The notes: generated from the letters alone by a model not told the origin. A stretch of DNA of 64,000 nt from Porticoccus sp. (GCA_036961395.1 JBALVP010000001.1:21666-85665), one strand, 5' to 3'; positions 47,088 to 57,843 are shown, numbered from the stretch's first letter. Program-made: numbers and translations.

Positions 47088-48656
47088 ATGATCTCTCAGC
47101 TAGTATTTGTTGCTCACTCTTTATTCCGTAGAAAGCAAAGCGGGCTGGCTCTATTTGGTTCGTTATTTATTCTGTTGATAACAGGTTGCACCGCGCTTGG
47201 GCCAGACTTTGAAAAACCGGAAGTCGCAACAGAGGCCAGCTGGTCAGAACAGGATGAGGCACTGTCGGGCGAGCCTCGTGTTCAGATTGAATGGTGGAAA
47301 GCCTTCAATGACCCTGTACTCGATACATTAATCCAGACAGCCTATCAACAAAACCTCCCGCTGCAAGTTGCCGGGCTAAGAATTCTTGAAGCAAGAGCAC
47401 AGTTAGGTATCGCTGTCGGTAATCGTTACCCGCAGGTGCAACAGCTGCATGGCTCAGCTAATAGAATTGGGGTGAGTGAAAAAAGTCCAAATTTTATTCC
47501 ATTTGCTGATGATAACTATTCCGATCACCGGGTAGGTTTTGATGCTGCCTGGGAGTTGGACTTTTGGGGTCGCTTTCGTCGGTCAATAGAGTCTGCAGAG
47601 GCGTCCCTTTCTGTTAGCGAGGCGGATTATGACAACACGCTGGTTATCCTGACTGCAGAAGTGGCTCGTGCTTATGTCACCATCCGCACGCTGGAAGAGC
47701 AGCTTGCATTGGTTCGCTCTAATATCAGCTTACAACAAGAAAGTTTGAGAATTGCGCAAGTACGGTATGACAATGGCGCAACAACTGAACTGGATGTCCA
47801 GCAGGCAACCACTAGCCTTGCTGACACTCAAGCGCAGAACCCTGTCCTTATGACATCCTTACGTCAAGCTAACAACGGTCTCAGCGTCCTGATGGGAATG
47901 CCCCCTTCAGATTTGACGGAGATGTTGGGTGGGTTGGGGCCGATACCAGTAGCATCAGTGTCTATGGCAACAGGTATTCCTGCTGACCTGCTTAGGCGTC
48001 GCCCAGATGTCCGTTTAGCCGAATACCAAGCGGCTAGCCAGAGTGCCTTGATTGGTGTTGCCAAGGCAGATTTGTATCCAAGTTTTTCGCTGATAGGCTC
48101 CATTGGTTACCAAGCCGGTGATACCGGGAGGAGTAGCACCAGTGATTTATTTGATAGTGACGCATTGTTTTTCTCAGCGGGCCCATCATTTACCTGGAAT
48201 ATTCTGAATTATGGCCGCATTAAAAATAATGTTCGTGTCCAGGATGCTCGTTTCCAACAAAGCGTAGTGAATTATCAAAATACAGTACTCACCGCTTATC
48301 AAGAGGTAGAGGATGCCATGGTGGCATTTGGGCAATCTAAGCGAGAGAGCACCTTCCGTGCTACCAGCGCAGCCGCAGCTAAACGGTCAGTAGAAATTTC
48401 AAGTATTCAGTATCGGGAAGGGTCAGTGGATTTTCAGCGAGTGATAGATTCTCAACGCTCTCTCGTCGCACAACAAGATCGGTGGGCGGCGGCTCGTGGC
48501 GATATCGCACTCAATCTTATTGCCATGTATAAGGCGTTGGGCGGCGGCTGGGAAATTCGAGAGGGGAATAGTTTTATTTCCGATGAAATCCGACATGAAA
48601 TGGAAAAACGTACCAATTGGGGTGATTTGTTAACGCCCGAGAATAAAGCCAAGTAG
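47088..48656 (+). CDS. RND outer membrane factor lipoprotein (NodT/OprM family)
   Basis: ITGC lipobox, WWKAFNDP, WELDFWG, LLRRRPDV, YKALGGGW. Confidence 0.93.
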   Translation: MISQLVFVAHSLFRRKQSGLALFGSLFILLITGCTALGPDFEKPEVATEASWSEQDEALSGEPRVQIEWWKAFNDPVLDTLIQTAYQQNLPLQVAGLRILEARAQLGIAVGNRYPQVQQLHGSANRIGVSEKSPNFIPFADDNYSDHRVGFDAAWELDFWGRFRRSIESAEASLSVSEADYDNTLVILTAEVARAYVTIRTLEEQLALVRSNISLQQESLRIAQVRYDNGATTELDVQQATTSLADTQAQNPVLMTSLRQANNGLSVLMGMPPSDLTEMLGGLGPIPVASVSMATGIPADLLRRRPDVRLAEYQAASQSALIGVAKADLYPSFSLIGSIGYQAGDTGRSSTSDLFDSDALFFSAGPSFTWNILNYGRIKNNVRVQDARFQQSVVNYQNTVLTAYQEVEDAMVAFGQSKRESTFRATSAAAAKRSVEISSIQYREGSVDFQRVIDSQRSLVAQQDRWAAARGDIALNLIAMYKALGGGWEIREGNSFISDEIRHEMEKRTNWGDLLTPENKAK

Positions 48657-48726
48657 AAAACACCCGATCATGTGGTATTTACCACAGAGGTGTATCTCAA
48701 TTTGTGTATCCCCCTGGAGGGAGCAG

Positions 48727-49830
48727 ATGAAATTAAGACAGACTCATTGCATTCAATACAGGGTTTTTCTGGCCGTTATCTCAATGTTTGTGTTACAGGC
48801 TTGTGGTGAGCCACCAGAACCGGAAGTAGAGATTGTGCGTCCAGTGAAGCTGATGACCCTGGGTGCGGACAAGACTGGCGTTACTCGAGAGCTATCCGGT
48901 GTAGTAACAGTAGAGCAGAGCGTCGAACTGGGGTTTTTAGTGCCGGGAACAATTATTGAGTTGCCCATCACAGAAGGTGACAAGGTTGAGAAAGGTACGT
49001 TGCTGGCACGCATAGACCCCACTGATTACTTGGCCATGTATAACGGGACTAAGTCAAATCAGACAGCAATGAGTTCAGCGTACATTCGTGCAAAAAAGAT
49101 ATTTGATCAGGGTGCAGGGTCACAGGCTGAAGTGGATATGACATTACGGGATTTTCAGGTTGCCAAGGAGCAACTGAAAACAGCTGAAAAGGCGCTTCAG
49201 GACACCAAGATTTTTAGTCCATTTTCTGGAGAAATTGCAAAAAAGATTGTCGAAAACTTTGAAAATATTAGGTCTAAGCAACCAGTGTTGTTGTTACATG
49301 ATTTATCGCGTCTGGAAATAGAGGTCATTGTACCGGAGCAAGATGTCGCACGAGTAAGGCGAGGTTTTTCTCTTGATGAGCGAACTGCTCTAATCAGGCC
49401 TGAGGTAGAGCTTAGCGCTATACCAGGCCAGCGCTTTCCCGCAAAGTTTAAGTCCTTCTCAACCGCCGTTGACCCAGTGACGCGCACCTATTTGGTCACG
49501 CTTTCCTTCGATAATACCAATGAGGCTACGGTTCTTCCCGGCATGACGGCAAAAGTGATTATGCATTCGCCCAAGGAGGATACTTCTATAGTTGAGCTGG
49601 AGGGCTTTCTGGTTCCTGTTGCTGCTGTGGCAGGGAATGAGGAAGGAGCAGCATATGCCTGGCATGTGGACACTGACACCATGCAAGTGTCAAAGGTAAT
49701 GGTAGAGCTTGGACAGTTGTCCGGTACAGATATTCGGGTATTAAATGGCCTACAAGAGGGTGACCGTATAGCTGTTTCGGGTGTACATCATCTGCGTGAA
49801 GGGATGAAAGTTCGTCTCTTAGGCGAGTGA
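48727..49830 (+). CDS. RND periplasmic adaptor subunit
   Basis: LQAC lipobox, RPVK, SPFSG, DPVTRTY, LPGMTA; GGAG before the ATG at 48727. Confidence 0.92.
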   Translation: MKLRQTHCIQYRVFLAVISMFVLQACGEPPEPEVEIVRPVKLMTLGADKTGVTRELSGVVTVEQSVELGFLVPGTIIELPITEGDKVEKGTLLARIDPTDYLAMYNGTKSNQTAMSSAYIRAKKIFDQGAGSQAEVDMTLRDFQVAKEQLKTAEKALQDTKIFSPFSGEIAKKIVENFENIRSKQPVLLLHDLSRLEIEVIVPEQDVARVRRGFSLDERTALIRPEVELSAIPGQRFPAKFKSFSTAVDPVTRTYLVTLSFDNTNEATVLPGMTAKVIMHSPKEDTSIVELEGFLVPVAAVAGNEEGAAYAWHVDTDTMQVSKVMVELGQLSGTDIRVLNGLQEGDRIAVSGVHHLREGMKVRLLGE

Positions 49831-49846
49831 TGATGGGGATTGTTAT

Positions 49847-52800
49847 ATGAATATTGCCCAGTTTTTCATTGAGCGTCGGGTTACCACGTTAGTATTGACC
49901 TTTGTCATGCTCGGTGCTGGTCTGATGGGTTATCAGAGTCTTAGTCGATTGGAGGATCCAGAGTTTACGATTAAGGACGCCCTGGTGATTACCACATACC
50001 CGGGAGCTACAGCGGCCGAGGTTGAGGCAGAGGTGTCTGATCGTCTGGAGAAAGCCGTTCAGAGTATGGGGCAGCTCAAGCGAGTAGTGTCTAAGTCTGA
50101 TAATGGGCTGTCCACTCTTACCGTGACGATTAAAGATAAATATGGCAAGGAGCTTTTGCCTCAGGTCTGGGATGAACTTCGGCGCAAGATTGATGATGCT
50201 CAGGGCGAGTTGCCACCAGGTGCTGGGCACTCTCTAGTCGTTGATGACTATGGTGATGTATACGGTATCTTTATAGCGATCACGGGTGATGGTTACAGTT
50301 ATGCCGAGATCAAAGATGTTGTTGATCTGCTCCGACGAGAGCTACTGCTCGTTGAAGATGTAGGTAAAATTGATACCTTTGGTGAGCGCACGGAGGCTGT
50401 TTATGTTGAAATAAATCGTGTCAGAATGTCTCAGCTTGGTATTTCTATCGATGTCATTATTCGTGAATTACGGCAGAAAAATTTGGTTGCAGACGCGGGT
50501 CGCGCCACTGTTGGTAATGAATTTATCACCATCCATCCCACCGGTGAAATCAAGACGATAGAGCAATTTGGTGAAATCCTTATCCGTGGGGGCAGTGGGC
50601 CTTCTGAACAAATTTTCCTGAAAGATATTGCCCGGACATGGCGTGGTTATGTAGATCCGCAAGACTACTTGATTCGTTACGACGGTAAGGTTGCCATCGG
50701 GTTGGGGATATCGACAGTTGCCGGTGGCAATGTCATCAATATGGGAAAGGCTCTGAAGGAGCGAGTTGCTGAGCTTAAGTCTCAGTTGCCCCTCGGTATG
50801 GAGGCTGGTCTGGTCTCCATGCAGTCAGACGCCGTGGATATTGCCATCAAGAGCTTTGTCATCAGCCTTCTGGAAGCAGTGGCTATTGTGATTGTTGTAC
50901 TACTGATATTTATGGGACTGCGCAGTGGCGTGTTAATTGGTTTTGTGCTGCTGTTGACCATTTCTGGTACCTTTATTTTTCTCGCGCCTATGATGGTTGC
51001 CTTAGAGCGTATTTCACTGGGCGCCTTGATCATTGCACTGGGAATGCTGGTGGACAATGCCATTGTGGTGGTAGATGGGGTGCTTGTTAGATTACAGAAG
51101 GGTGAAGAGGCGAAGTCTGCTGCTATAGAGGTGGTCAAACAGACAGCTATTCCGTTACTCGGCGCCACAGTTATTGCCATTCTTGCCTTTGCGGCTATTG
51201 GTACTTCTGATGACAATACTGGTGAGTTTTGTCGCTCATTGTACCAAGTGGTACTGGTTTCATTACTCTTGAGCTGGGTGACGGCTGTTACGATAACCCC
51301 GCTCTTGTGTGTCATGTTTTTGAAGAAGCCAGAGTCAAATACTGAGGCAGATGATCCCTACAACGGTGGGATTTATACTCGGTATAAAAATATGTTGCGT
51401 ACCTGTATTCGGTTCAAATCGCTGACACTGCTCGTTGTTGTTGGGGTATTTATATCCTCTGTTTGGGGTTTCCAATTTGTTGATCAAAGTTTTTTTCCTC
51501 CCTCCACTCGCCCCCAGTTTATGGTTGATCTTTGGTTGCCTCAGGGGTCTCATATTGATGAGACGGAGCAACTAGTTGAGTCGGTTGAAAATTATATAAA
51601 AGAGCAGGAAGGCGTGACTCACATCAGTTCATTGATTGGAAAAGGGGGGCTCCGGTTTTTGTTGACGTATACGCCAGAAAAATTGAACAGTGCTTATGCT
51701 CAGTTGCTGGTCGATGTGGATGATCCGAACAAAATGGATGCCTTATCGGTTAATATTGAAGAGCATTTAAAACAGAATTATCCAGATGTGTTGGGTTACG
51801 CCTCCAAATTTCAGCTCGGGCCGGGTAGTACAGGTAAAATTCAGGCGAGGCTGAGCGGCCCTGACCGAAATGAGCTGCGAGTGTTATCCAAGCAAGTCGA
51901 ATCTATTCTCCACGGGGATGGTAATGCTAAAGCGATACGCACTGATTGGCGACAGCGTGTCAAAGTGATACGGCCAGTGGTTGCGGAAAGGCAAGCCAAT
52001 CATAATGGCATTACTCGACCTCAGATTGCCAGTGTTATACAAGAAGGCTTTGAGGGTGAGCAGGTGGGTATTTATCGGGATAGTGATCTCTTGCTACCCA
52101 TTATTATACGAGCAAATGCGCCTGGTCGGTCTAACATTGAGAATATCTACAACTTGCAAATATGGAGTCCCGCTGCCGCGGCTATGATTCCGCTGCGTCA
52201 GGTTGTCTCGGGATTTAAGACAGATTTTACCGATGAAATCATTATGCGGCGTAACCGCAAACCAACCATCATCACTTTTGCTGACCCCGTCTCGGGCCCG
52301 GCCACTAAGTTGTTTGCCCGGGTACGACCAAAGATTGAGGCCATTGAGTTGCCTGAGGGCTATGAGCTTGAGTGGGGCGGTGAGTATGAGGACTCCGGGA
52401 ATGCTCAAGCGGGTTTGTCGGCCAGCCTTCCTATGTTTCTCTTGGTGATGGTGCTGATTACTATCATGTTATTCAATTCACTCCGTCAGCCTCTTATTAT
52501 CTGGTTGGTGGTGCCACTGGCGCTTATCGGAGTTACGTTTGGGCTGCTTTCAACAGGCCAGCCATTTGGATTTATGTCGTTGTTGGGGTTCCTCAGCCTG
52601 ATTGGTATGTTGATAAAAAATGCCATTGTTCTGATTGATGAAATTATTCTTCAGAGTGGTGAGGATAAAGATTTACTGGCGGCTATTGTGGATTCGGGTG
52701 TCAGTCGCCTTAGGCCGGTAGGTATGGCGGCCTCAACCACCGCATTGGGAATGATTCCCCTGCTGTTTGATGCTTTTTTTGCGGCGATGGCGACCACCAT

Positions 52801-52888
52801 TATTGCTGGCCTGGTCTTCGCGACGATACTGACTATGGTGGTGGTGCCGGTGCTGTACTCGGTTTTTTATAAGGTTGAACTAGACTGA
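49847..52888 (+). CDS. RND efflux permease (AcrB/AcrD/AcrF family)
   Basis: RLEDPEFTIK, GMLVDNAIVV, GMLIKNAIVL, SRLRP; 1013 aa. Confidence 0.95.
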   Translation: MNIAQFFIERRVTTLVLTFVMLGAGLMGYQSLSRLEDPEFTIKDALVITTYPGATAAEVEAEVSDRLEKAVQSMGQLKRVVSKSDNGLSTLTVTIKDKYGKELLPQVWDELRRKIDDAQGELPPGAGHSLVVDDYGDVYGIFIAITGDGYSYAEIKDVVDLLRRELLLVEDVGKIDTFGERTEAVYVEINRVRMSQLGISIDVIIRELRQKNLVADAGRATVGNEFITIHPTGEIKTIEQFGEILIRGGSGPSEQIFLKDIARTWRGYVDPQDYLIRYDGKVAIGLGISTVAGGNVINMGKALKERVAELKSQLPLGMEAGLVSMQSDAVDIAIKSFVISLLEAVAIVIVVLLIFMGLRSGVLIGFVLLLTISGTFIFLAPMMVALERISLGALIIALGMLVDNAIVVVDGVLVRLQKGEEAKSAAIEVVKQTAIPLLGATVIAILAFAAIGTSDDNTGEFCRSLYQVVLVSLLLSWVTAVTITPLLCVMFLKKPESNTEADDPYNGGIYTRYKNMLRTCIRFKSLTLLVVVGVFISSVWGFQFVDQSFFPPSTRPQFMVDLWLPQGSHIDETEQLVESVENYIKEQEGVTHISSLIGKGGLRFLLTYTPEKLNSAYAQLLVDVDDPNKMDALSVNIEEHLKQNYPDVLGYASKFQLGPGSTGKIQARLSGPDRNELRVLSKQVESILHGDGNAKAIRTDWRQRVKVIRPVVAERQANHNGITRPQIASVIQEGFEGEQVGIYRDSDLLLPIIIRANAPGRSNIENIYNLQIWSPAAAAMIPLRQVVSGFKTDFTDEIIMRRNRKPTIITFADPVSGPATKLFARVRPKIEAIELPEGYELEWGGEYEDSGNAQAGLSASLPMFLLVMVLITIMLFNSLRQPLIIWLVVPLALIGVTFGLLSTGQPFGFMSLLGFLSLIGMLIKNAIVLIDEIILQSGEDKDLLAAIVDSGVSRLRPVGMAASTTALGMIPLLFDAFFAAMATTIIAGLVFATILTMVVVPVLYSVFYKVELD

Positions 52889-52927
52889 TCATCACGTAAC
52901 GCTAGTGTGGTGTGGGAAGAAACATAA

Positions 52928-53560
52928 ATGCTTCGTAATATTGTGACGCGGTTTCGGATAATAAGTTTGTCTATATTGTTATTAGGCGGGTACGTTTCTG
53001 CAGAGACTCAGCAGGGAGCAGGTCGTACAGATCAGTTATTAAAATTTACAGTGGTTGCACTCAGTAAAGAGCAAAATAGCCGTCGATATTTTGAAAATAA
53101 GTTGGTCAAAAAACTCAGGGAAAATAATTATGATGCAATCACAAGCCATAGCCTACTTCCGGATATTTCGAGCCTCCGTGATCCGGCGTTACGTTTAAAG
53201 CTGCAGGAGGAAGGTATTCAGGGCGTGCTGTTATTAAGACCGATTGATATAGGAGAGCAAGCTAGTATTCAATCTGCTCAGAAGCAAATAGCCCCTAGGG
53301 CATATGACTCTATCGAAGCATTTGTGACTGATTACCGAGGAGGCGATTTTAGTACGCAGGCGGTGGTACAGGTCTCTGGGTTTTTACTGTCGGAAGCACA
53401 TACTGCTAATTTTTGGCAGGGTATTATTTGGCTGGATGACTCCGTTGAAACTCGACAGGAGGGGATAGAAAAATTATCTGCCCTGGTATTGTCTAACCTT
53501 AATGCCTCAAGGGGTTATCTGAGAAAACGCCTTGGATTCAAGCCGCTCACAACAGATTAA
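52928..53560 (+). CDS. Hypothetical exported protein
   Basis: Signal-peptide-like N-terminus; same strand, 39 bp after the RND gene. Confidence 0.6.
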   Translation: MLRNIVTRFRIISLSILLLGGYVSAETQQGAGRTDQLLKFTVVALSKEQNSRRYFENKLVKKLRENNYDAITSHSLLPDISSLRDPALRLKLQEEGIQGVLLLRPIDIGEQASIQSAQKQIAPRAYDSIEAFVTDYRGGDFSTQAVVQVSGFLLSEAHTANFWQGIIWLDDSVETRQEGIEKLSALVLSNLNASRGYLRKRLGFKPLTTD

Positions 53561-53696
53561 AATACCTGCCTCTGATTTGTGTGTTAGCCAGGATGGTAAG
53601 TGGTGGCATCACGGCTAATCTAAAAGCGGCTGATAACCAAAAAATTTTATATTGCAAGAGCCCCGGGCGGCCCTTGCTCAAGTAATATAATATCAG

Positions 53697-54389
53697 TTAA
53701 TAAGTGATGGTCTTAACCTTAGGTGGGCCCTCTGACAACACTGTCTTAACGATAGTTGCACCTTCTGAGGCCCATTCCTGGACTATTGGGCGAACATCAC
53801 TGAGCGTGACCTCCTCTTGAGTGAGCTGCTCGTTCGTTCCTTTGCGAACCACGGCAGCTACACTTTTTCCAGAAACGCTATCAACGACATCGGCCTCTAG
53901 AAAAACCTGGGTGACTTTACTGCGCCATCCCATGGCGGCCTTAAAGCCGTTATAAATTGCGGCGACAGGTATAAACTCATAGGTTTTCACCCCTTCTGTC
54001 TCAGAAGTTAGGCCAGTGATAGCTGGCTTAATACGAAGTACCCCCGGTCCAGGTTGAGTGACTACCTCAACGTCATCAGTAAAGGACTTACGAAGAGCGT
54101 GATCAAAGATGGCCGCAACATCTTCTAGAAACAGTGTTGAAACACTTTGTGGATAAACCACTGTTTTATCGAACATTACCTTGTTATAGCCTCCAGATTT
54201 TGCTTCATCGCTAATCCAGCGAAAGGCTTCTTTGTCCTTCACTTTTGCCAGCTTGGCGTAATCATTTAGATAACCTGAATACTGATCAGAGGAGACTTTG
54301 GCTTGCTGAGAAGCGCAGCCTATTAGGAGAATGCAGGTAGTAGTTAGTGCCGTAATAATTTTAGTTATTCTCAATGTTCTGCGTTTCAT
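53697..54389 (-). CDS. DUF3313 family lipoprotein
   Basis: LIGC lipobox, YSGYLNDYAKL, PGPGVLRIKPAITG, YEFIP; ATG at 54389 follows GGAG. Confidence 0.82.
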   Translation of the reverse strand: MKRRTLRITKIITALTTTCILLIGCASQQAKVSSDQYSGYLNDYAKLAKVKDKEAFRWISDEAKSGGYNKVMFDKTVVYPQSVSTLFLEDVAAIFDHALRKSFTDDVEVVTQPGPGVLRIKPAITGLTSETEGVKTYEFIPVAAIYNGFKAAMGWRSKVTQVFLEADVVDSVSGKSVAAVVRKGTNEQLTQEEVTLSDVRPIVQEWASEGATIVKTVLSEGPPKVKTITY

Positions 54390-54790
54390 TAATAGGCTCC
54401 GGAGGATAAACGAAATTTGTTGGTCAATTGTAGGGTAAGGACTTGCATTAACCAATAGCTATAGATCTGTTGTTTTTGTGAGAAGGGCGGAGTATTTGGA
54501 ACTAAATCAGGTTAGTAGTTCGCATAATATATTTCGTATGTTCACTCCAGAACATACCCCCATTGGGAGACATTTGATTTGTCATTAGCTATCTCGTTGA
54601 TCGGAATTTTCTATATGGATGTATGTCAGAATCAAGAGCCTTCTGAATGTGTAGAATGATAAAGAAAGGATAGTTGCATACTGTAAATAAAAATGAAATT
54701 AGTAGTGGTTTTTATAAATAAAAATTGAAATTACTTTGGGTGTAATTACAGAAACGTTTCACCAAAATCCACTAGACCGGTTGAAAAAAT

Positions 54791-55571
54791 ATGACGATAA
54801 GAAATATCTCTGTTGGATTTGTATTATTGAGTGTAATGAGCTGCACTGTTGCATCAAATATGGAGGTTAATGTTGATCGCCCTAATGATGACAATAAAGA
54901 AATTGAACTCCATACGATCCCTTATAGTTTCTATAACGAGAAGACAGGTGTAGTAGTGGCAGCGGTGATTGTTGCCGATAATTATTTTCAGCGGCAAGCA
55001 AAAGCTTTCCCTAACCTGGGGCTGGGGTGCAAGCGATGATTCCACTTCGTGGATGGCTCTACAGTTTGAATGGATCGAGTTTTTCTCTTTGCCGTTACAG
55101 GAAGGGACTCGCCAGAGAGTGGTCGCCTTAAATTTTTGGACGTCAGATGTCCCTACCTGGGATTCATCCCATACCGATAGTGATACGGGTGAAGAAGTCT
55201 TTCATCGCGCCCCCGTTTTTGATGGGTTCACATTGGGGGGGATAGATAGACAGCGTGGGTTTGCACAGAACCGTTTTAATGATCGGTCAGCAATTAACTA
55301 TTCGGCAGAGTATCGTCATTCACCTAAAAATAATCCATTTACCAAAATTCCACTGGTCAAGACGCTAGAGATTCCTTGGTGGCAGTGGATTGGCTTTGTT
55401 GAGGTCGGTCGAGTTGCCGGCAATTGGAATTTTAACGATTTACACTCCAGTATGAAAGTGAGTGCAGGTACAGGGGTTCGTTTAAACGTGTTCGGCCTGA
55501 TCATACGAATGGATGGCGCTGTTTCTGAAGAGGGCGGCGCAGTACAAATGTTTTTTAATCACACTTACTAA
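54791..55571 (+). pseudogene. Disrupted Omp85/BamA-TamA-like outer membrane protein (N- and C-terminal parts in different frames)
   Basis: ORF 54791-55039 has the signal peptide; ORF 54969-55571 has LGG..RQRGF...RFND, AEYR and an aromatic C-terminus (FNHTY) but no signal; combined length seems short for such a barrel. Confidence 0.65.
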
Positions 55572-55646
55572 TCAGTTTTTTTGATAGAAGATTTTTCTCT
55601 CATAAGCTAAGGGTGGGTTTGTGTGAACCCATTCAGTTTACTAGCG

Positions 55647-56300
55647 TCAATCTTGTATGTGCTGAGGTATTTCGAGATTAAGTTTACTGATCGCTAGCAC
55701 GGCCTGAGTTCTGGATCTCACCTCAAGTTTTCTAAAAATAGCAGTCATATGAGCTTTTATCGTTGCTTCGGTGACGTCTAGCTCATAGGCAATCTGCTTG
55801 TTGAGCAGTCCTTCTGCCAGCATGGTAAGTACCAGATATTGTTGTGGGGTCAGTGAGGCAATATTTTCCATGAGTTTACATTCATCTTCACTGGCTGGTG
55901 TGTGCGCACCTGCATTTTTTGGCAACCAGATTTGATCCTTAAGAGCAGAATGTATGGCGGTTTGTATGGTCTCAATGCAAGCAGATTTTGGTAGAAACCC
56001 ATGGGAACCAAACTCCACAGCCCTTCTCATAATTTCAGGTTTTTCATTTGCAGAAACGACCAGTACGGGCAATGTGGGAGATTGGCCTTTTACATAGGCG
56101 AGAGCACTAAAACCATGCGCGCCGGGCATATGCAAATCCAGTAACACCAAGTCAGCATCCGGGTGATCAGCTAATTTGGTTTGCAGGCTAGCCATATCCT
56201 GCGCTTCCACAATATCAGGGTTTTCTTCCAAAGTTTGAAGCACCTGGCATATGGCATTTCGGAACAGTGGGTGGTCATCGGCAACAATGAATTTAGACAT
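55647..56300 (-). CDS. crbR: LuxR/NarL-type response regulator CrbR/ErdR
   Basis: IVADDHPLFR, LLDLHMPGAHGFS, LTPQQ, GLLNKQIAYEL, EATIKAH; context with crbS and acs. Confidence 0.85.
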   Translation of the reverse strand: MSKFIVADDHPLFRNAICQVLQTLEENPDIVEAQDMASLQTKLADHPDADLVLLDLHMPGAHGFSALAYVKGQSPTLPVLVVSANEKPEIMRRAVEFGSHGFLPKSACIETIQTAIHSALKDQIWLPKNAGAHTPASEDECKLMENIASLTPQQYLVLTMLAEGLLNKQIAYELDVTEATIKAHMTAIFRKLEVRSRTQAVLAISKLNLEIPQHIQD

Positions 56301-56418
56301 ATTATTATTTTTCTCCCCTCGCACTGATGGTAGTCGTCTCCTCGGAAACTGGCAAGACAGGCTGATAGGAAAGACTGGCTGTATTTTGGGTTATTTACCC
56401 AATTTTATGCTGTTTCTC

Positions 56419-56461
56419 TTAGACATTAGTCTAAAGATTCCCCTTAAATCGACCTTGGTCG
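56419..56461. promoter_or_regulatory. Tandem CrbR/ErdR-type palindromes between crbR and dcaP
   Basis: TTAGAC-ATTA-GTCTAA (56419-56434, perfect) and CGAC-CTTG-GTCG (56450-56461). Confidence 0.7.
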
Positions 56462-56529
56462 CATACCCAGAAATGTTCTATAGGCGTACATCTGTCGATA
56501 TGACACGAATATTAAATGGGAGAAGATCT

Positions 56530-57843
56530 ATGATTCGCAAGAAAAAAATGGCTTTGGCCGCAGGGGTGATGTTGCCAGCACTGATGTTTTCAGGCCAGCT
56601 GTTGGCGACAACCAACGATGAGCTTTCAGCCAAGATTAAGATGTTGGAGTCCCAGCTTTCTCAGCTGCAGGTATTGGTGACAGAGCAAGGCCAAAAACAA
56701 GAGGAAATAGATACGGTAGTGAGTAAAAAAGCAGATGCTTCTACCTCGGGTACAACCTTCAGTTATGGTGGGTTTGTTAAGGTAGATGCAATGCAGAGTG
56801 ATTACTCTGATGGTGAACGTGCACTTGCCGAAATTGGTGACGATATCTTGGTACCGTCAACAATACCTGTAGGGGGTGAGGATGGCGACGCTCGATTTGA
56901 TACATCAGTAAAAACCTCCCGCTTCTGGTTCAAAACTTTAACACCGACTGATATGGGTAATATTCGTACGCACATTGAGTTGGATATGTTGACTGCCGAT
57001 GGCGATGAGCGTATTTCAAATTCAGAACATTCCCGCATCCGTCATGCCTATGTGGCCTGGGATTATGAGGCTGATTCATCACTTCTATTTGGACAAAGCT
57101 GGAGTACCTTCATGAGTACTGCGGTATTACCTGAAACGGTGGATTTCATTGGTCCTACATCTGGTGTCGTCTTTAATCGTCAGGCTCAGGTTCGGTGGAG
57201 TCATAAGCTTGAACACGGCGGCCAAATTCATTTGGCACTAGAAAACCCTTCAACCAGTATCTTTGATGGAGGCGGTGGTATTGAAGGAAACAACTTCGAT
57301 GACAATAGTGTTCCTGATGTAGTGGTTCGCTACGACGGATCTGTAGGGGATTTCATTTATAACGTGGCAGCAATAGGTCGACAAATTACCTATGACACGG
57401 GTACTGAGAATGAAGATGAATATGGGTTTGGCACCAGCCTGTCGGGTAAATATGTATTTGATAATGGTGATGACATTAAGCTCCAGTTTAACCACGGTCA
57501 TCTTGGACGTTATGTAGGACTTCAGGCATTTAGAGATGCGGCAGTGGAAGATGATGGTGATTTAGATTTGATAAAACTGACGGGTGGATTTGTCGCCTAT
57601 CGTCACCTCTGGTCACCAAAGTTTCGTAGCACAATAACCTATGCCATGAGCAGTGCTGACAATCCTGATGAGATATCTGACACCAATACGAAAGAAGTGA
57701 ACAACGTCGCACTCAATCTGTTTTATTCCCCCACCGAAAAACTGTCATTTGGTGTGGAATTAATCAAGGCAGAACGCGAGTTAGAAAATGGTGATGACGG
57801 TGATTTGAGAAGACTTCAGTTCACCGGAAAATATGTATTTTAG
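56530..57843 (+). CDS. dcaP: DcaP family trimeric outer membrane carboxylate channel
   Basis: Signal peptide from the ATG at 56530, N-terminal coiled coil, GGFVKVD, RIRHAY, GQSWSTF, RQAQVR, terminal KYVF. Confidence 0.85.
   Translation: MIRKKKMALAAGVMLPALMFSGQLLATTNDELSAKIKMLESQLSQLQVLVTEQGQKQEEIDTVVSKKADASTSGTTFSYGGFVKVDAMQSDYSDGERALAEIGDDILVPSTIPVGGEDGDARFDTSVKTSRFWFKTLTPTDMGNIRTHIELDMLTADGDERISNSEHSRIRHAYVAWDYEADSSLLFGQSWSTFMSTAVLPETVDFIGPTSGVVFNRQAQVRWSHKLEHGGQIHLALENPSTSIFDGGGGIEGNNFDDNSVPDVVVRYDGSVGDFIYNVAAIGRQITYDTGTENEDEYGFGTSLSGKYVFDNGDDIKLQFNHGHLGRYVGLQAFRDAAVEDDGDLDLIKLTGGFVAYRHLWSPKFRSTITYAMSSADNPDEISDTNTKEVNNVALNLFYSPTEKLSFGVELIKAERELENGDDGDLRRLQFTGKYVF

Noticed and set aside
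50782-51315. 177-aa minus-strand ORF
   Set aside because: Antisense shadow of the RND permease TM region
53583-53677. Two imperfect hairpins between convergent genes
   Set aside because: Most simply terminator or stability structures; no second copy seen to call a REP element
56251-56529. 93-aa N-terminal extension of the DcaP ORF
   Set aside because: Overlaps the crbR start and the palindromic boxes; RBS and signal peptide point to the ATG at 56530
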